Assembly: GCA_964016885.1 (NCBI GenBank)
Contig: OZ024743.1
Coordinates: 95,852,001-95,916,000 of the forward strand
DNA length: 64,000 bases
Direction of reading: 5' to 3'
From: Eledone cirrhosa
Taxonomy: Eukaryota
A model generated the notes under the pieces. That model worked only from the letters and a program-made list of their open reading frames with translations. It was not told the DNA's origin and ran no database searches. Shown in pieces: positions 25,501 through 36,700 of this stretch (its first letter is position 1; each line of letters begins with the position of its first letter). The translations under genes and the position numbers were made by a program.

Positions 25501-28500
25501 TGGAAAGGCGTAGGAAGAGATAGAGAAGGAAGGAATAGAAAGGCGTAGGAAGAGATAGAGAAGGAAGGAATGGAAAGGCGTAGGAAGAGATAGAGAAGGA
25601 AGGAATAGAAAGGTGTAGGAAGAGATAAAGAAGGAAGGAAGGGAAAGGCGTAGGAAGAGATAGAGAAGGAAGGAATAGAAAGGCGTAGGAAGAGATAGAG
25701 AAGGAAGGAATAGAAAGACGTAGGAAGAGATAGAGAAGGAAGGAATAGAAAGGTGTAGGAAGAGATAGAGAAGGAAGGAATGGAAAGGTGTATGAAGAGA
25801 TAGAGAAGGAAGGAATAGAAAGGCGTAGGAAGAGATAGAGAAGGAAGGAATAGAAAGACGTAGGAAGAGATAGAGAAGGAAGGAATAGAAAGGTGTAGGA
25901 AGAGATAGAGAAGGAAGGAATAGAAAGACGTAGGAAGAGATAGAGAAGGAAAGAATAGAAAGGCGTAGGAAGAGATAGAGAAGGAGGAATAGAAAGGCGT
26001 AGGAAGAGATAGAGAAGGAAGGAATAGAAAGGTGTAGGAAGAGATAAAGAAGGAAGGAAGGGAAAGGCGTAGGAAGAGATAGAGAAGGAAGGAATAGAAA
26101 GACGTAGGAAGAGATAGAGAAGGAAAGAATAGAAAGGCGTAGGAAGAGATAGAGAAGGAGGAATAGAAAGGCGTAGGAAGAGATAGAGAAGGAAGGAATG
26201 GAAAGGTGTAGGAAGAGATAGAGAAGGAAGGAATAGAAAGGCGTAGGAAGAGATAGAGAAGGAAGGAATAGAAAGGCGTAGGAAGAGATGGAGAAGGAAG
26301 GAATAGAAAGGCGTAGGAAGAGATAGAGAAGGAAGGAATAGAAAGGCGTAGGAAGAGATGGAGAAGGAGGGAATAGAAAGGTGTAGGAAGAGATAGAGAA
26401 GGAAGGAATAGAAAGGTGTAGGAAAAGATAGAGAAGGAAGGAATAGAAAGGTGTAGGAAGAGATAAAGAAGGAAGGAAGGGAAAGGCGTAGGAAGAGATA
26501 GAGAAGGAAGGAATAGAAAGGCGTAGGAAGAGATAGAGAAGGAAGGAATAGAAAGACGTAGGAAGAGATACAGAAGGAAGGAATAGAAAGGTGTAGGAAG
26601 AGATAGAGAAGGAAGGAATGTAAAGGCGTAGGAAGAGATAGAGAAGGAAGGAATAGAAAGGTGTAGGAAGAGATAAAGAAGGAAGGAATGGAAAGGTGTA
26701 GGAAGAGTTAGAGAAGGAAGAAATGGAAAGGCGTAGGAAGAGATAGAGAAGGAAGGAATGGAATGGCGTAGGAAAAGATAGAGTAGGAGGAATAGAAAGG
26801 CGTAGGAAGAGATAGAGAAGGAAGGAATAGAAAGGCGTAGGAAGAGATAGAGAAGGAAGGAATAGAACAGTGTAGGAAGAGATAGAGAAGGAAGGAATAG
26901 AAAGGCGTAGGAAGAGATAGAGAAGGAAGGAATAGAAAGGCGTAGGAGGAGATAGAGAAGGAAGGAATAGAAAGGCGTAGGAAGAGATAGAGAAGGAAGG
27001 AATGGAAAGGCGTAGGAAGAGATAGAGAAGGAAGGAATAGAAAGGCGTAGGAAGAGATAGAGAAGGAAGGAATAGAAAGGCGTAGGAGGAGATAGAGAAG
27101 GAAGGAATAGAAAGGCGTAGGAAGAGATAGAGAAGGAAGGAATGGAAAGGCGTAGGAAGAGATAGAGAAGGAAGGAATAGAAAGGCGTAGGAAGAGATAG
27201 AGAAGGAAGGAATATAAAGGCGTAGGAAGAGATAGAGAATGAAGGAATAGAAAGGTGTAGGAAGAGATAAAGAAGGAAGGAAGGGAAAGGCGTAGGAAGA
27301 GATAGAGAAGGAGGAATAGAAAGGCGTAGGAAGAGATAGAGAAGGAAGGAATAGAAAGGTGTAGGAAGAGATAGAGAATGAAGGAATAGAAAGGTATAGG
27401 AAGAGATAAAGATTGAAGGAAGGGAAAGGCGTAGGAAGAGATAGAGAAGGAAGGAATAGAAAGGCGTAAGAAGAGATAGAGAAGGAAGGAATAGAAAGGA
27501 GTAGGAAGAGATAGAGAAGGAAGGAATAGAAAGGCGTAGGAAGAGATAGAGAATGAAGGAATAGAAAGGTGTAGGAAGAGATAAAGAAGGAAGGAAGGGA
27601 AAGGCGTAGGAAGAGATAGAGAAGGAGGAATAGAAAGGCGTAGGAAGAGATAGAGAAGGAAGGAATGGAAAGGTGTAGGAAGAGTTAGAGAAGGAAGGAA
27701 TGGAAAGGCGTAGGAAGAGATAGAGAACGAAGGAATAGAAAGGTGTAGGAAGAGATAGAGAAGGAAGGAATGGAAAGGCGTACGAAAAGATAGAGAAGGA
27801 AGGAATAGAAAGGTGTAGGAAGAGATAGAGAAGCAAGGAATGGAAAGGCGTAGGAAGAGATAGAGAAGGAAGGAATGGAAAGGTGTAGGAAGAGATAGAG
27901 AAGGAAGGAATAGAAAGGCTTAGGAAGAGATTGAGAAGGAAGGAATAGAACAGCGTAGGAAGAGATAGAGAAGGAAGGAATAGAAAGGTGTAGGAAGAGA
28001 TAGAGAAGGAAGGAATAGAAAGGCGTAGGAAGAGATAGAGAAGGAAGGAATAGAAAGGCTTAGGATGAGATAGAGAAGGAAGGAATAGAACAGCGTAGGA
28101 AGAGATAGAGAAGGAAGGAATAGAAAGGCGTAGGAAGAGATAGAGAAGGAAGTAATGGAAAGGCGTAGGAAGAGATAGAGAAGGAAGGAATAGAAAGGCT
28201 TAGGATGAGATAGAGAAGGAAGGAATAGAACAGCGTAGGAAGAGATAGAGAAGGAAGGAATAGAAAGGCTTAGGATGAGAAAGAGAAGGAAGGAATAGAA
28301 CAGCGTAGGAAGAGATAGAGAAGGAAGGAATAGAAAGGCGTAGGAAGAGATAGAGAAGGAAGGAATGGAAAAGTGTAGGAAGAGATAGAGAAGGAAGGAA
28401 TGGAAAGGCGTAGGAAGAGATAGAGGAGGAAGGAATAGAAAGGTGTAGGAAGAGATAGAGAAGGAAGGAATGGAAAGGTGTAGGAAGAGATAGAGAAGGA

Positions 28501-31500
28501 AGTAATGGAAAGGCGTAGGAAGAGATAGAGAAGGAGGAATAGAAAGGCGTAGGAAGAGATAGAGAAGGAAGGAATGGAAAGGTGTAGGAAGAGATAGAGA
28601 AGGAAGGAATGGAAAGGCGTAGGAAGAGATAGAGAAGGAGGAATAGAAAGGCGTAGGAAGAGATAGAGAAGGAAGGAATGGAAAGGCGTAGGAAGAGATA
28701 GAGAAGGAGGAATAGAAAGGCGTAGGAAGAGATAGAGAAGGAAGGAATGGAAAGGTGTAGGAAGAGTTAGAGAAGGAAGGAATGGAAAGGCGTAGGAAGA
28801 GATAGAGAAGGAAGGAATGGAAAGGCGTAGGAAGAGATAGAGAAGGAAGGAATAGAACAGTGTAGGAAGAGTTAGAGAAGGAAGGAATAGAAAGGCGTAG
28901 GAAGAGATAGAGAAGGAAGGAATAGAAAGGCGTAGGAAGAGATAGAGAAGGAAGGAATAGAACAGTGTAGGAAGAGTTAGAGAAGGAAGGAATAGAAAGG
29001 CGTAGGAAGAGATAGAGAAGGAAGGAATAGAAAGGCGTAGGAAGAGATAGAGAAGGAAGGAATGGAAAGGCGTAGGAAGTGATAGAGAAGGAAGTAATAG
29101 AACTGCGTAGGAAGAGATAGAGAAGGAAGTAATAGAACTGCGTAGGAAGAGATAGAGAAGGAAGGAATAGAAAGACGTAGGAAGAGATAGAGAAGGAAGG
29201 AATAGAAAGGTGTAGGAAGTGATAGAGAAGGAAGGAATAGAAAGGCGTAGGAAGAAATAGAGAATGAAGGAATAGAAAGGTGTAGGAAGAGATAGAGAAG
29301 GAAGGAATGGAAAGGCGTAGGAAGAGATAGAGAAGGAATGAATAGAAAGGCGTAGGAAGAGATAGAGAAGGAGGAATAGAAAGGCGTAGGAAGAGATAGA
29401 GAAGGAGGAATAGAAAGGCGTAGGAAGAGATAGAGAAGGAAGGAATGGAAAGGCGTAGGAAGTGATAGAGAAGGAAGTAATAGAACTGCCTAGGAAGAGA
29501 TAGAGAAGGAAGGAATAGGAAAACGTAGGAAGAGATATAGAAGGAATAGGAAGAGATAGAGAAGGAAGGAATAGAAAGGCATAGGAAGAGATAGAGAAGG
29601 AAGGAATAGAAAGGCGTAGGAAGAGATAGAGAAGCAAGGAATGGAAAGGCGTAGGAAGAGATAGAGAAGGAAGGAATGGAAAGGCATAGGAAGAGATAGA
29701 GAAGGAAGGAATGGAAAGGCATAGGAAGTGATAGAGAAGGAAGGAATAGAAAGGCATAGGAAGAGATATAGAAGGAATGAATGGAAAGGCGTAGGAAGAG
29801 ATAGAGAAGGAAGGAATAGAAAGGCGTAGGAAGAGATAGAGAAGCAAGGAATGGAAAGGCGTAGGAAGAGATAGAGAAGGAAGGAATGGAAAGGCATAGG
29901 AAGAGATAGAGAAGGAAGGAATGGAAAGGCGTAGGAAGTGATAGAGAAGGAAGGAATAGAAAGGCGTAGGAAGAGATAGAGAAGCAAGGAAGGGAAAGGC
30001 ATAGGAAGAGATAGAGAAGGAAGGAATAGAAAGGCTTAGGAAGAGATAGAGAAGGAAGGAATAGAAAGGCGTAGGAAGAGATAGAGAAGGAAGGAATAGA
30101 AAGGTGTAGGAAGAGATAGAGAAGGAGGAATAGAAAGGCGTAGGAAGAGATAGAGAAGGAAGGAATAGAAAGGCGTGGGAAGAGATAGAGAAAGAAGGAA
30201 TGGAAAGGCGTAGGAAGAGATAGAGAAGGAAGAATAGAAAGGCGTAGGAAGAGATAGAGAAGCAAGGAATGGAAAGGCTTAGAAAGAGATAGAGAAGGAA
30301 GGAATAGAAAGGCGTAGGAAGAGATAGAGAAGGAAGGAATGGAAAGGCTTAGGAAGAGATAGAGAAGGAAGGAATAGAAAGGTGTAGGAAGAGATAAAGA
30401 AGGAAGGAATGGAAAGGCGTAGGAAGAGATAGAGAAGGAGGAATAGAAAGGCGTAGGAAGAGATAGAGAAGGAAGGAATGGAAAGGTGTAGGAAGAGTTA
30501 GAGAAGGAAGAAATGGAAAGGCGTAGGAAGAGATAGAGAAGGAAGGAATGGAAAGGCGTAGGAAAAGATAGAGTAGGAGGAATAGAAAGGCGTAGGAAGA
30601 GATAGAGAAGGAAGGAATAGAAAGGCGTAGGAAGAGATAGAGAAGGAAGGAATAGAACAGTGTAGGAAGAGATAGAGAAGGAAGGAATAGAAAGGCGTAG
30701 GAAGAGATAGAGAAGGAAGGAATAGAAAGGCGTAGGAAGAGATAGAGAAGGAAGTAATAGAACTGCGTAGGAAGAGATAGAGAAGGAAGGAATAGAAAGG
30801 TGTAGGAAGTGATAGAGAAGGAAGGAATAGAAAGGCGTAGGAAGAGATAGAGAATGAAGGAATAGAAAGTGGTAGGAAGAGATAGAGAAGGAAGGAATGC
30901 AAAGGCGTAGGAAGAGATAGAGAAGGAAGGAATAGAAAGGCGTAGGAAGAGATAGAGAAGGAGGAATAGAAAGGCGTAGGAAGAGATAGAGAAGGAGGAA
31001 TAGAAAGGCGTAGGAAGAGATAGAGAAGGAAGGAATGGAAAGGCGTAGGAAGTGATAGAGAAGGAAGTAATAGAACTGCCTAGGAAGAGATAGAGAAGGA
31101 AGGAATAGGAAAACGTAGGAAGAGATATAGAAGGAATGAATGGAAAGGCATAGGAAGAGATAGAGAAGTAAGGAATAGAAAGGCGTAGGAAGAGATAGAG
31201 AAGCAAGGAATGGAAAGGCGTAGGAAGAGATAGAGAAGGAAGGAATAGAAAGGTGTAGGAAGAGATAGAGAAGGAAGGAATGGAAAGGCGTAGGAAGAGA
31301 TAGAGAAGGAGGAATAGAAAGGCGTGGGAAGAGATAGAGAAGGAAGGAATGGAAAGACGTAGGAAGAGATGGAGAAGGAAGGAATAGAAAGGCGTAGGAA
31401 GAGATGGAGAAGGAAGGAATAGAAAGGTGTAGGAAGAGATAGAGAAGGAAGGAATAGAAAGACGTAGGAAGAGATAGAGAAGGAAGGAATAGAAAGGCGT

Positions 31501-33780
31501 AGGAAGAGATAGAGAAGGAAGGAATAGAAAGGCGTAGGAAGAGATAGAGAATGAAGGAATAGAAAGGTGTAGGAAGAGATAAAGTAGGAAGGTAGGGAAA
31601 GGCGTAGGAAGAGATAGAGAAGGAAGGAATAGAAAGTTGTAGGAAGAGATAGAGAAGGAAGGAATAGAAAGGTGTAGGAAGAGATAGAGAAGGAAGGAAT
31701 AGAAAGGTGTAGGAAGAGATAGAGAAGGAAGGAATGGAAAGGCGTAGGAAGAGATAGAGAAGGAAGGAATAGGAAGATGTAGGAAGAGATAGAGAAGGAA
31801 GGAATGGAAAGGCGTAGGAAGAGATAGAGAAGGAGGAATAGAAAGGCGTAGGAAGAGATAGAGAAGGAAGGAATGGAAAGGTGTAGGAAGAGTTAGAGAA
31901 GGAAGGAATGGGAAGGCGTAGGAAGAGATAGAGAAGGAAGGAATAGAAAGGTGTAGGAAGAGATTGAGAAGGAAGGAATGGAAAGGCGTAGGAAGAAATA
32001 GAGAAGGAAGGAATAGAAAGTCGTAGGAAGAGATAGAGAAGGAAGGAATGGAAAGGTGTAGGAAGAGATAGAGAAGGAAGGAATAGAAAGGCTTAGGAAG
32101 AGATAGAGAAGGAAGGAATTGAACAGCGTAGGAAGAGATAGAGAAGGAAGGAATAGAAAGGCATAGGAAGAGATAGAGAAGGAAGGAATAGAAAGGCGTA
32201 GGAAGAGATGGAGAAGGAAAGAATAGAAAGGTGTAGGAAGAGATAGAGAAGGAAGGAATAGAAAGGCGTAGGAAGAGATAGAGAAGGAAGGAATAGAAAG
32301 GCGTAGGAAGAGATGGTGAAGGAAGGAATAGAAAGGCGTAGGAAGAGATAGAGAAGGAAGGAATGGAAAGGCGTAGGAAGAGAGAGAAGGAAGGAATAGA
32401 AAGGTGTAGGAAGGTATAGAGAAGGAAGGAATAGAAAGGCGTAGGAAGAGATAGAGAAGGAAGGAATAGAAAGACGTAGGAAGAGATAGAGAAGGAAGGA
32501 ATAGAAAGGTGTTGGAAGAGATAGAGAAGGAAGGAATAGAAAGACATAGGAAGAGATAGAGAAGGATAGAATAGAAAGGCGTAGGAAGAGATAGAGAAGG
32601 AAGGAATGGAAAGGCGTAGGAAGAGATAGAGAAGGAAGGAATAGAAAGGCGTAGGAAGAGATAGAGAAGGAAGGAATGGAAAGGCGTAGGAAGAGATAGA
32701 GAAGGAAGGAATAGAAAGGTGTAGGAAGAGATAAAGAAGGAAGGAAGGGAAAGGCGTAGGAAGAGATAGAGAAGGAAGGAATAGAAAGGCGTAGGAAGAG
32801 ATAGAGAAGGAAGGAATAGAAAGACGTAGGAAGAGATAGAGAAGGAAGGAATAGAAAGGTGTAGGAAGAGATAGAGAAGGAAGGAATGGAAAGGTGTAGG
32901 AAGAGATAGAGAAGGAAGGAATAGAAAGGCGTAGGAAGAGATAGAGAAGGAAGGAATAGAAAGACGTAGGAAGAGATAGAGAAGGAAGGAATAGAAAGGT
33001 GTAGGAAGAGATAGAGAAGGAAGGAATAGAAAGACGTAGGAAGAGATAGAGAAGGAAAGAATAGAAAGGCGTAGGAAGAGATAGAGAAGGAGGAATAGAA
33101 AGGCGTAGGAAGAGATAGAGAAGGAAGGAATAGAAAGGTGTAGGAAGAGATAAAGAAGGAAGGAAGGGAAAGGCGTAGGAAGAGATAGAGAAGGAAGGAA
33201 TAGAAAGACGTAGGAAGAGATAGAGAAGGAAAGAATAGAAAGGCGTAGGAAGAGATAGAGAAGGAGGAATAGAAAGGCGTAGGAAGAGATAGAGAAGGAA
33301 GGAATGGAAAGGTGTAGGAAGAGATAGAGAAGGAAGGAATAGAAAGGCGTAGGAAGAGATAGAGAAGGAAGGAATAGAAAGGCGTAGGAAGAGATGGAGA
33401 AGGAAGGAATAGAAAGGCGTAGGAAGAGATAGAGAAGGAAGGAATAGAAAGGCGTAGGAAGAGATGGAGAAGGAGGGAATAGAAAGGTGTAGGAAGAGAT
33501 AGAGAAGGAAGGAATAGAAAGGTGTAGGAAAAGATAGAGAAGGAAGGAATAGAAAGGTGTAGGAAGAGATAAAGAAGGAAGGAAGGGAAAGGCGTAGGAA
33601 GAGATAGAGAAGGAAGGAATAGAAAGGCGTAGGAAGAGATAGAGAAGGAAGGAATAGAAAGACGTAGGAAGAGATACAGAAGGAAGGAATAGAAAGGTGT
33701 AGGAAGAGATAGAGAAGGAAGGAATGTAAAGGCGTAGGAAGAGATAGAGAAGGAAGGAATAGAAAGGTGTAGGAAGAGAT
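22600..33780 (+). repeat. Approximately 4-kb segmental duplication inside the array (about 22.6-26.7 kb copied at about 29.8-33.8 kb)
   Basis: Shared private variants: GCGTGGG at 23000/30176 (offset 7176); GCGTAGGAAGAGAGAGAAGG at 25265/32371 and GAATGTAAA at 26621/33727 (offset 7106). Identical 134-aa ORFs at 23322..23726 and 30498..30902. Confidence 0.9.
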
Positions 33781-36700
33781 AACGAAGGAAGGAAGGGAAA
33801 GGCGTAGGAAGAGATAGAGAAGGAAGGAATAGAAAGGCGTAGGAAGAGATAGAGAAGGAAGGAATAGAAAGGCGTAGGAAGAGATGGTGAAGGAAGGAAT
33901 AGAAAGGTGTAGGAAGGTATAGAGAAGGAAGGAATAGAAAGGCGTAGGAAGAGATAGAGAAGGAAGGAATGGAAAGGCGTAGGAAGAGATAGAGAAGGAA
34001 GGAATAGAAAGGTGTAGGAAGAGATAAAGAAGGAAGGAAGGGAAAGGCGTAGGAAGAGATAGAGAAGGAAGGAATAGAAAGGCGTAGGAAGAGATAGAGA
34101 AGGAAGGAATAGAAAGACGTAGGAAGAGATAGAGAAGGAAGGAATAGAAAGGTGTAGGAAGAGATAGAGAAGGAAGGAATGGAAAGGTGTAGGAAGAGAT
34201 AGAGAAGGAAGGAATAGAAAGGCGTAGGAAGAGATAGAGAAGGAAGGAATAGAAAGACGTAGGAAGAGATAGAGAAGGAAGGAATAGAAAGGTGTAGGAA
34301 GAGATAAAGAAGGAAGGAAGGGAAAGGCGTAGGAAGAGATAGAGAAGGAAGGAATAGAAAGGTGTAGGAAGAGATAAAGAAGGAAGGAATGGAAAGGCGT
34401 AGGAAGAGATAGAGAAGGAAGGAATAGAAAGGCGTAGGAAGTGTTAGAGAAGGAAGGAATAGAAAGGCGTAGGAAGAGATAGAGAATGAAGGAATAGAAA
34501 GGTGTAGGAAGAGATAAAGAAGGAAGGAAGGGAAAGGCGTAGGAAGAGATAGAGAAGGAAGGAATAGAAAGGCGTAGGAAGAGATAGAGAAGGAAGGAAT
34601 AGAAAGGTGTAGGAAGTGATAGAGAAGGAAGGAATGAGAAAGGCGTAGGAAGAGATAGAGAAGGAAGGAATAGGAAGATGTAGGAAGAGATAGAGAAGGA
34701 AGGAATGGAAAGGCGTAGGAAGAGATAGAGAAGGAGGAATAGAAAGGCGTAGGAAGAGATAGAGAAGGAAGGAATGGAAAGGTGTAGGAAGAGTTAGAGA
34801 AGGAAGGAATGGAAAGGCGTAGGAAGAGATAGAGAAGGAAGGAATAGAAAGGTGTAGGAAGAGATAGAGAAGGAAGGAATAGAAAGGCGTAGGAAGAGAT
34901 AGAGAAGGAAGGAATAGAAAGGCGTAGGAAGAGATAGAGAAGGAAGGATTAGAACAGCGTAGGAAGAGATAGAGAAGGAAGGAATAGAAAGGTGTAGGAA
35001 AAGATAGAGAAGGAAGGAATGGAAAGGCGTAGGAAGAGATAGAGAATGAAGGAATAGAAAGGTGTAGGAAGAGTTAAAGAAGGAAGGAATAGAAAGGCGT
35101 AGGAAGAGATAGAGAAGGAGGAATAGAAAGGCGTAGGAAGAGATAGAGAAGGAAGGAATAGAAAGGTGTAGGAAGAGATAGAGAATGAAGGAATAGAAAG
35201 GTGTAGGAAGAGATAAAGATTGAAGGAAGGGAAAGGCGTAGGAAGAGATAGAGAAGGAAGGAATAGAAAGGTGTAGGAAGAGATAGAGAAGGAAGGAATA
35301 GAAAGACGTAGGAAGAGATAGAGAAGGAAGGAATAGAAAGGTGTAGGAAGAGATAGAGAAGGAAGGAATAGAAAGACGTAGAAAGAGATAGAGAAGGAAA
35401 GAATAGAAAGGCGTAGGAAGAGATAGAGAATGAAGGAATAGAAAGGTGTAGGAAGAGATAAAGAAGGAAGGAAGGGAAAGGCGTAGGAAGAGATAGAGAA
35501 GGAAGGAATAGAAAGGCGTAGGAAGAGATAGAGAAGGAAGGAATGGAAAGGTGTAGGAAGAGATAAAGAAGGAAGGAAAGGAAAGGCGTAGGAAGAGATA
35601 GAGAAGGAAGGAATAGAAAGGCGTAGGAAGAGCTAGAGAAGGAAGGAATAGAAAGGCGTAGGAAGAGATAGAGAATGAAGGAATAGAAAGGCGTAGGAAG
35701 AGATAAAGAAGGAAGGAAGGGAAAGGCGTAGGAAGAGATAGAGAAGGAAGGAATAGAAAGGCGTAGGAAGAGATAGAGAAGGAAGGAATAGAAAGGTGTA
35801 GGAAGTGATAGAGAAGGAAGGAATGAGAAAGGCGTAGGAAGAGATAGAGAAGGAAGGAATAGGAAGATGTAGGAAGAGATAGAGAAGGAAGGAATGGAAA
35901 GGCGTAGGAAGAGATAGAGAAGGAGGAATAGAAAGGCGTAGGAAGAGATAGAGAAGGAAGGAATGGAAAGGCGTAGGAAGAGATAGAGAAGGAAGGAATA
36001 GAAAGGTGTAGGAAGAGATAGAGAAGGAAGGAATAGAAAGGTGTAGGAAGAGATAGAGAAGGAAGGAATAGAAAGGCGTAGGAAGAGATAGAGAAGGAAG
36101 GAATAGAACAGCGTAGGAAGTGATAGAGAAGGAAGGAATAGAAAGGTGTAGGAAGAGATAGAGAAGGAAGGAATAGAAAGGCGTAGGAAGAGATAGAGAA
36201 GGAAGGAATAGAAAGGCGTAGGAAGAGATAGAGAAGGAAGGAATAGAACAGCGTAGGAAGTGATAGAGAAGGAAGGAATAGAAAGGTGTAGGAAGAGATA
36301 GAGAAGGAAGGAATGGAAAGGTGTAGGAAGACATAGAGAAGGAAGGAATGGAAAGGTGTAGGAAGAGATAGAGAAGGAAGTAATGGAAAGGCGTAGGAGG
36401 AGATAGAGAAGTAAGGAATAGAAAGGCGTAGGAAGAGATAGAGAAGGAAGGAATGGAAAGGCGTAGGAAGAGATAGAGAAGGAAGGAATAGAAAGGCGTA
36501 GGAAGAGATAGAGAAGGAAGGAATAGAAAGTCGTAGGAAGAGATAGAGAATGAAGGAATAGAAAGGTGTAGGAAGAGATAAAGAAGGAAGGAAGGGAAAG
36601 GCGTAGGAAGAGATAGAGAAGGAGGAATAGAAAGGCGTAGGAAGAGATAGAGAAGGAAGGAATAGAAAGGTGTAGGAAGAGATAGAGAATGAAGGAATAG

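Larger units (their letters stand above)
7350..28800 (+). repeat. Irregular higher-order repeat: five copies of an approximately 2-kb variant-defined core block
   Basis: Rare marker GCGTACGAAAAG has its T at 8311, 12912, 16770, 21499 and 27781 (spacings 4601, 3858, 4729, 6282). The same spacings appear in ORF-track coordinates 8366/12967/16825/21554/27836 and 8450/13051/16909/21638/27920. Confidence 0.92.
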
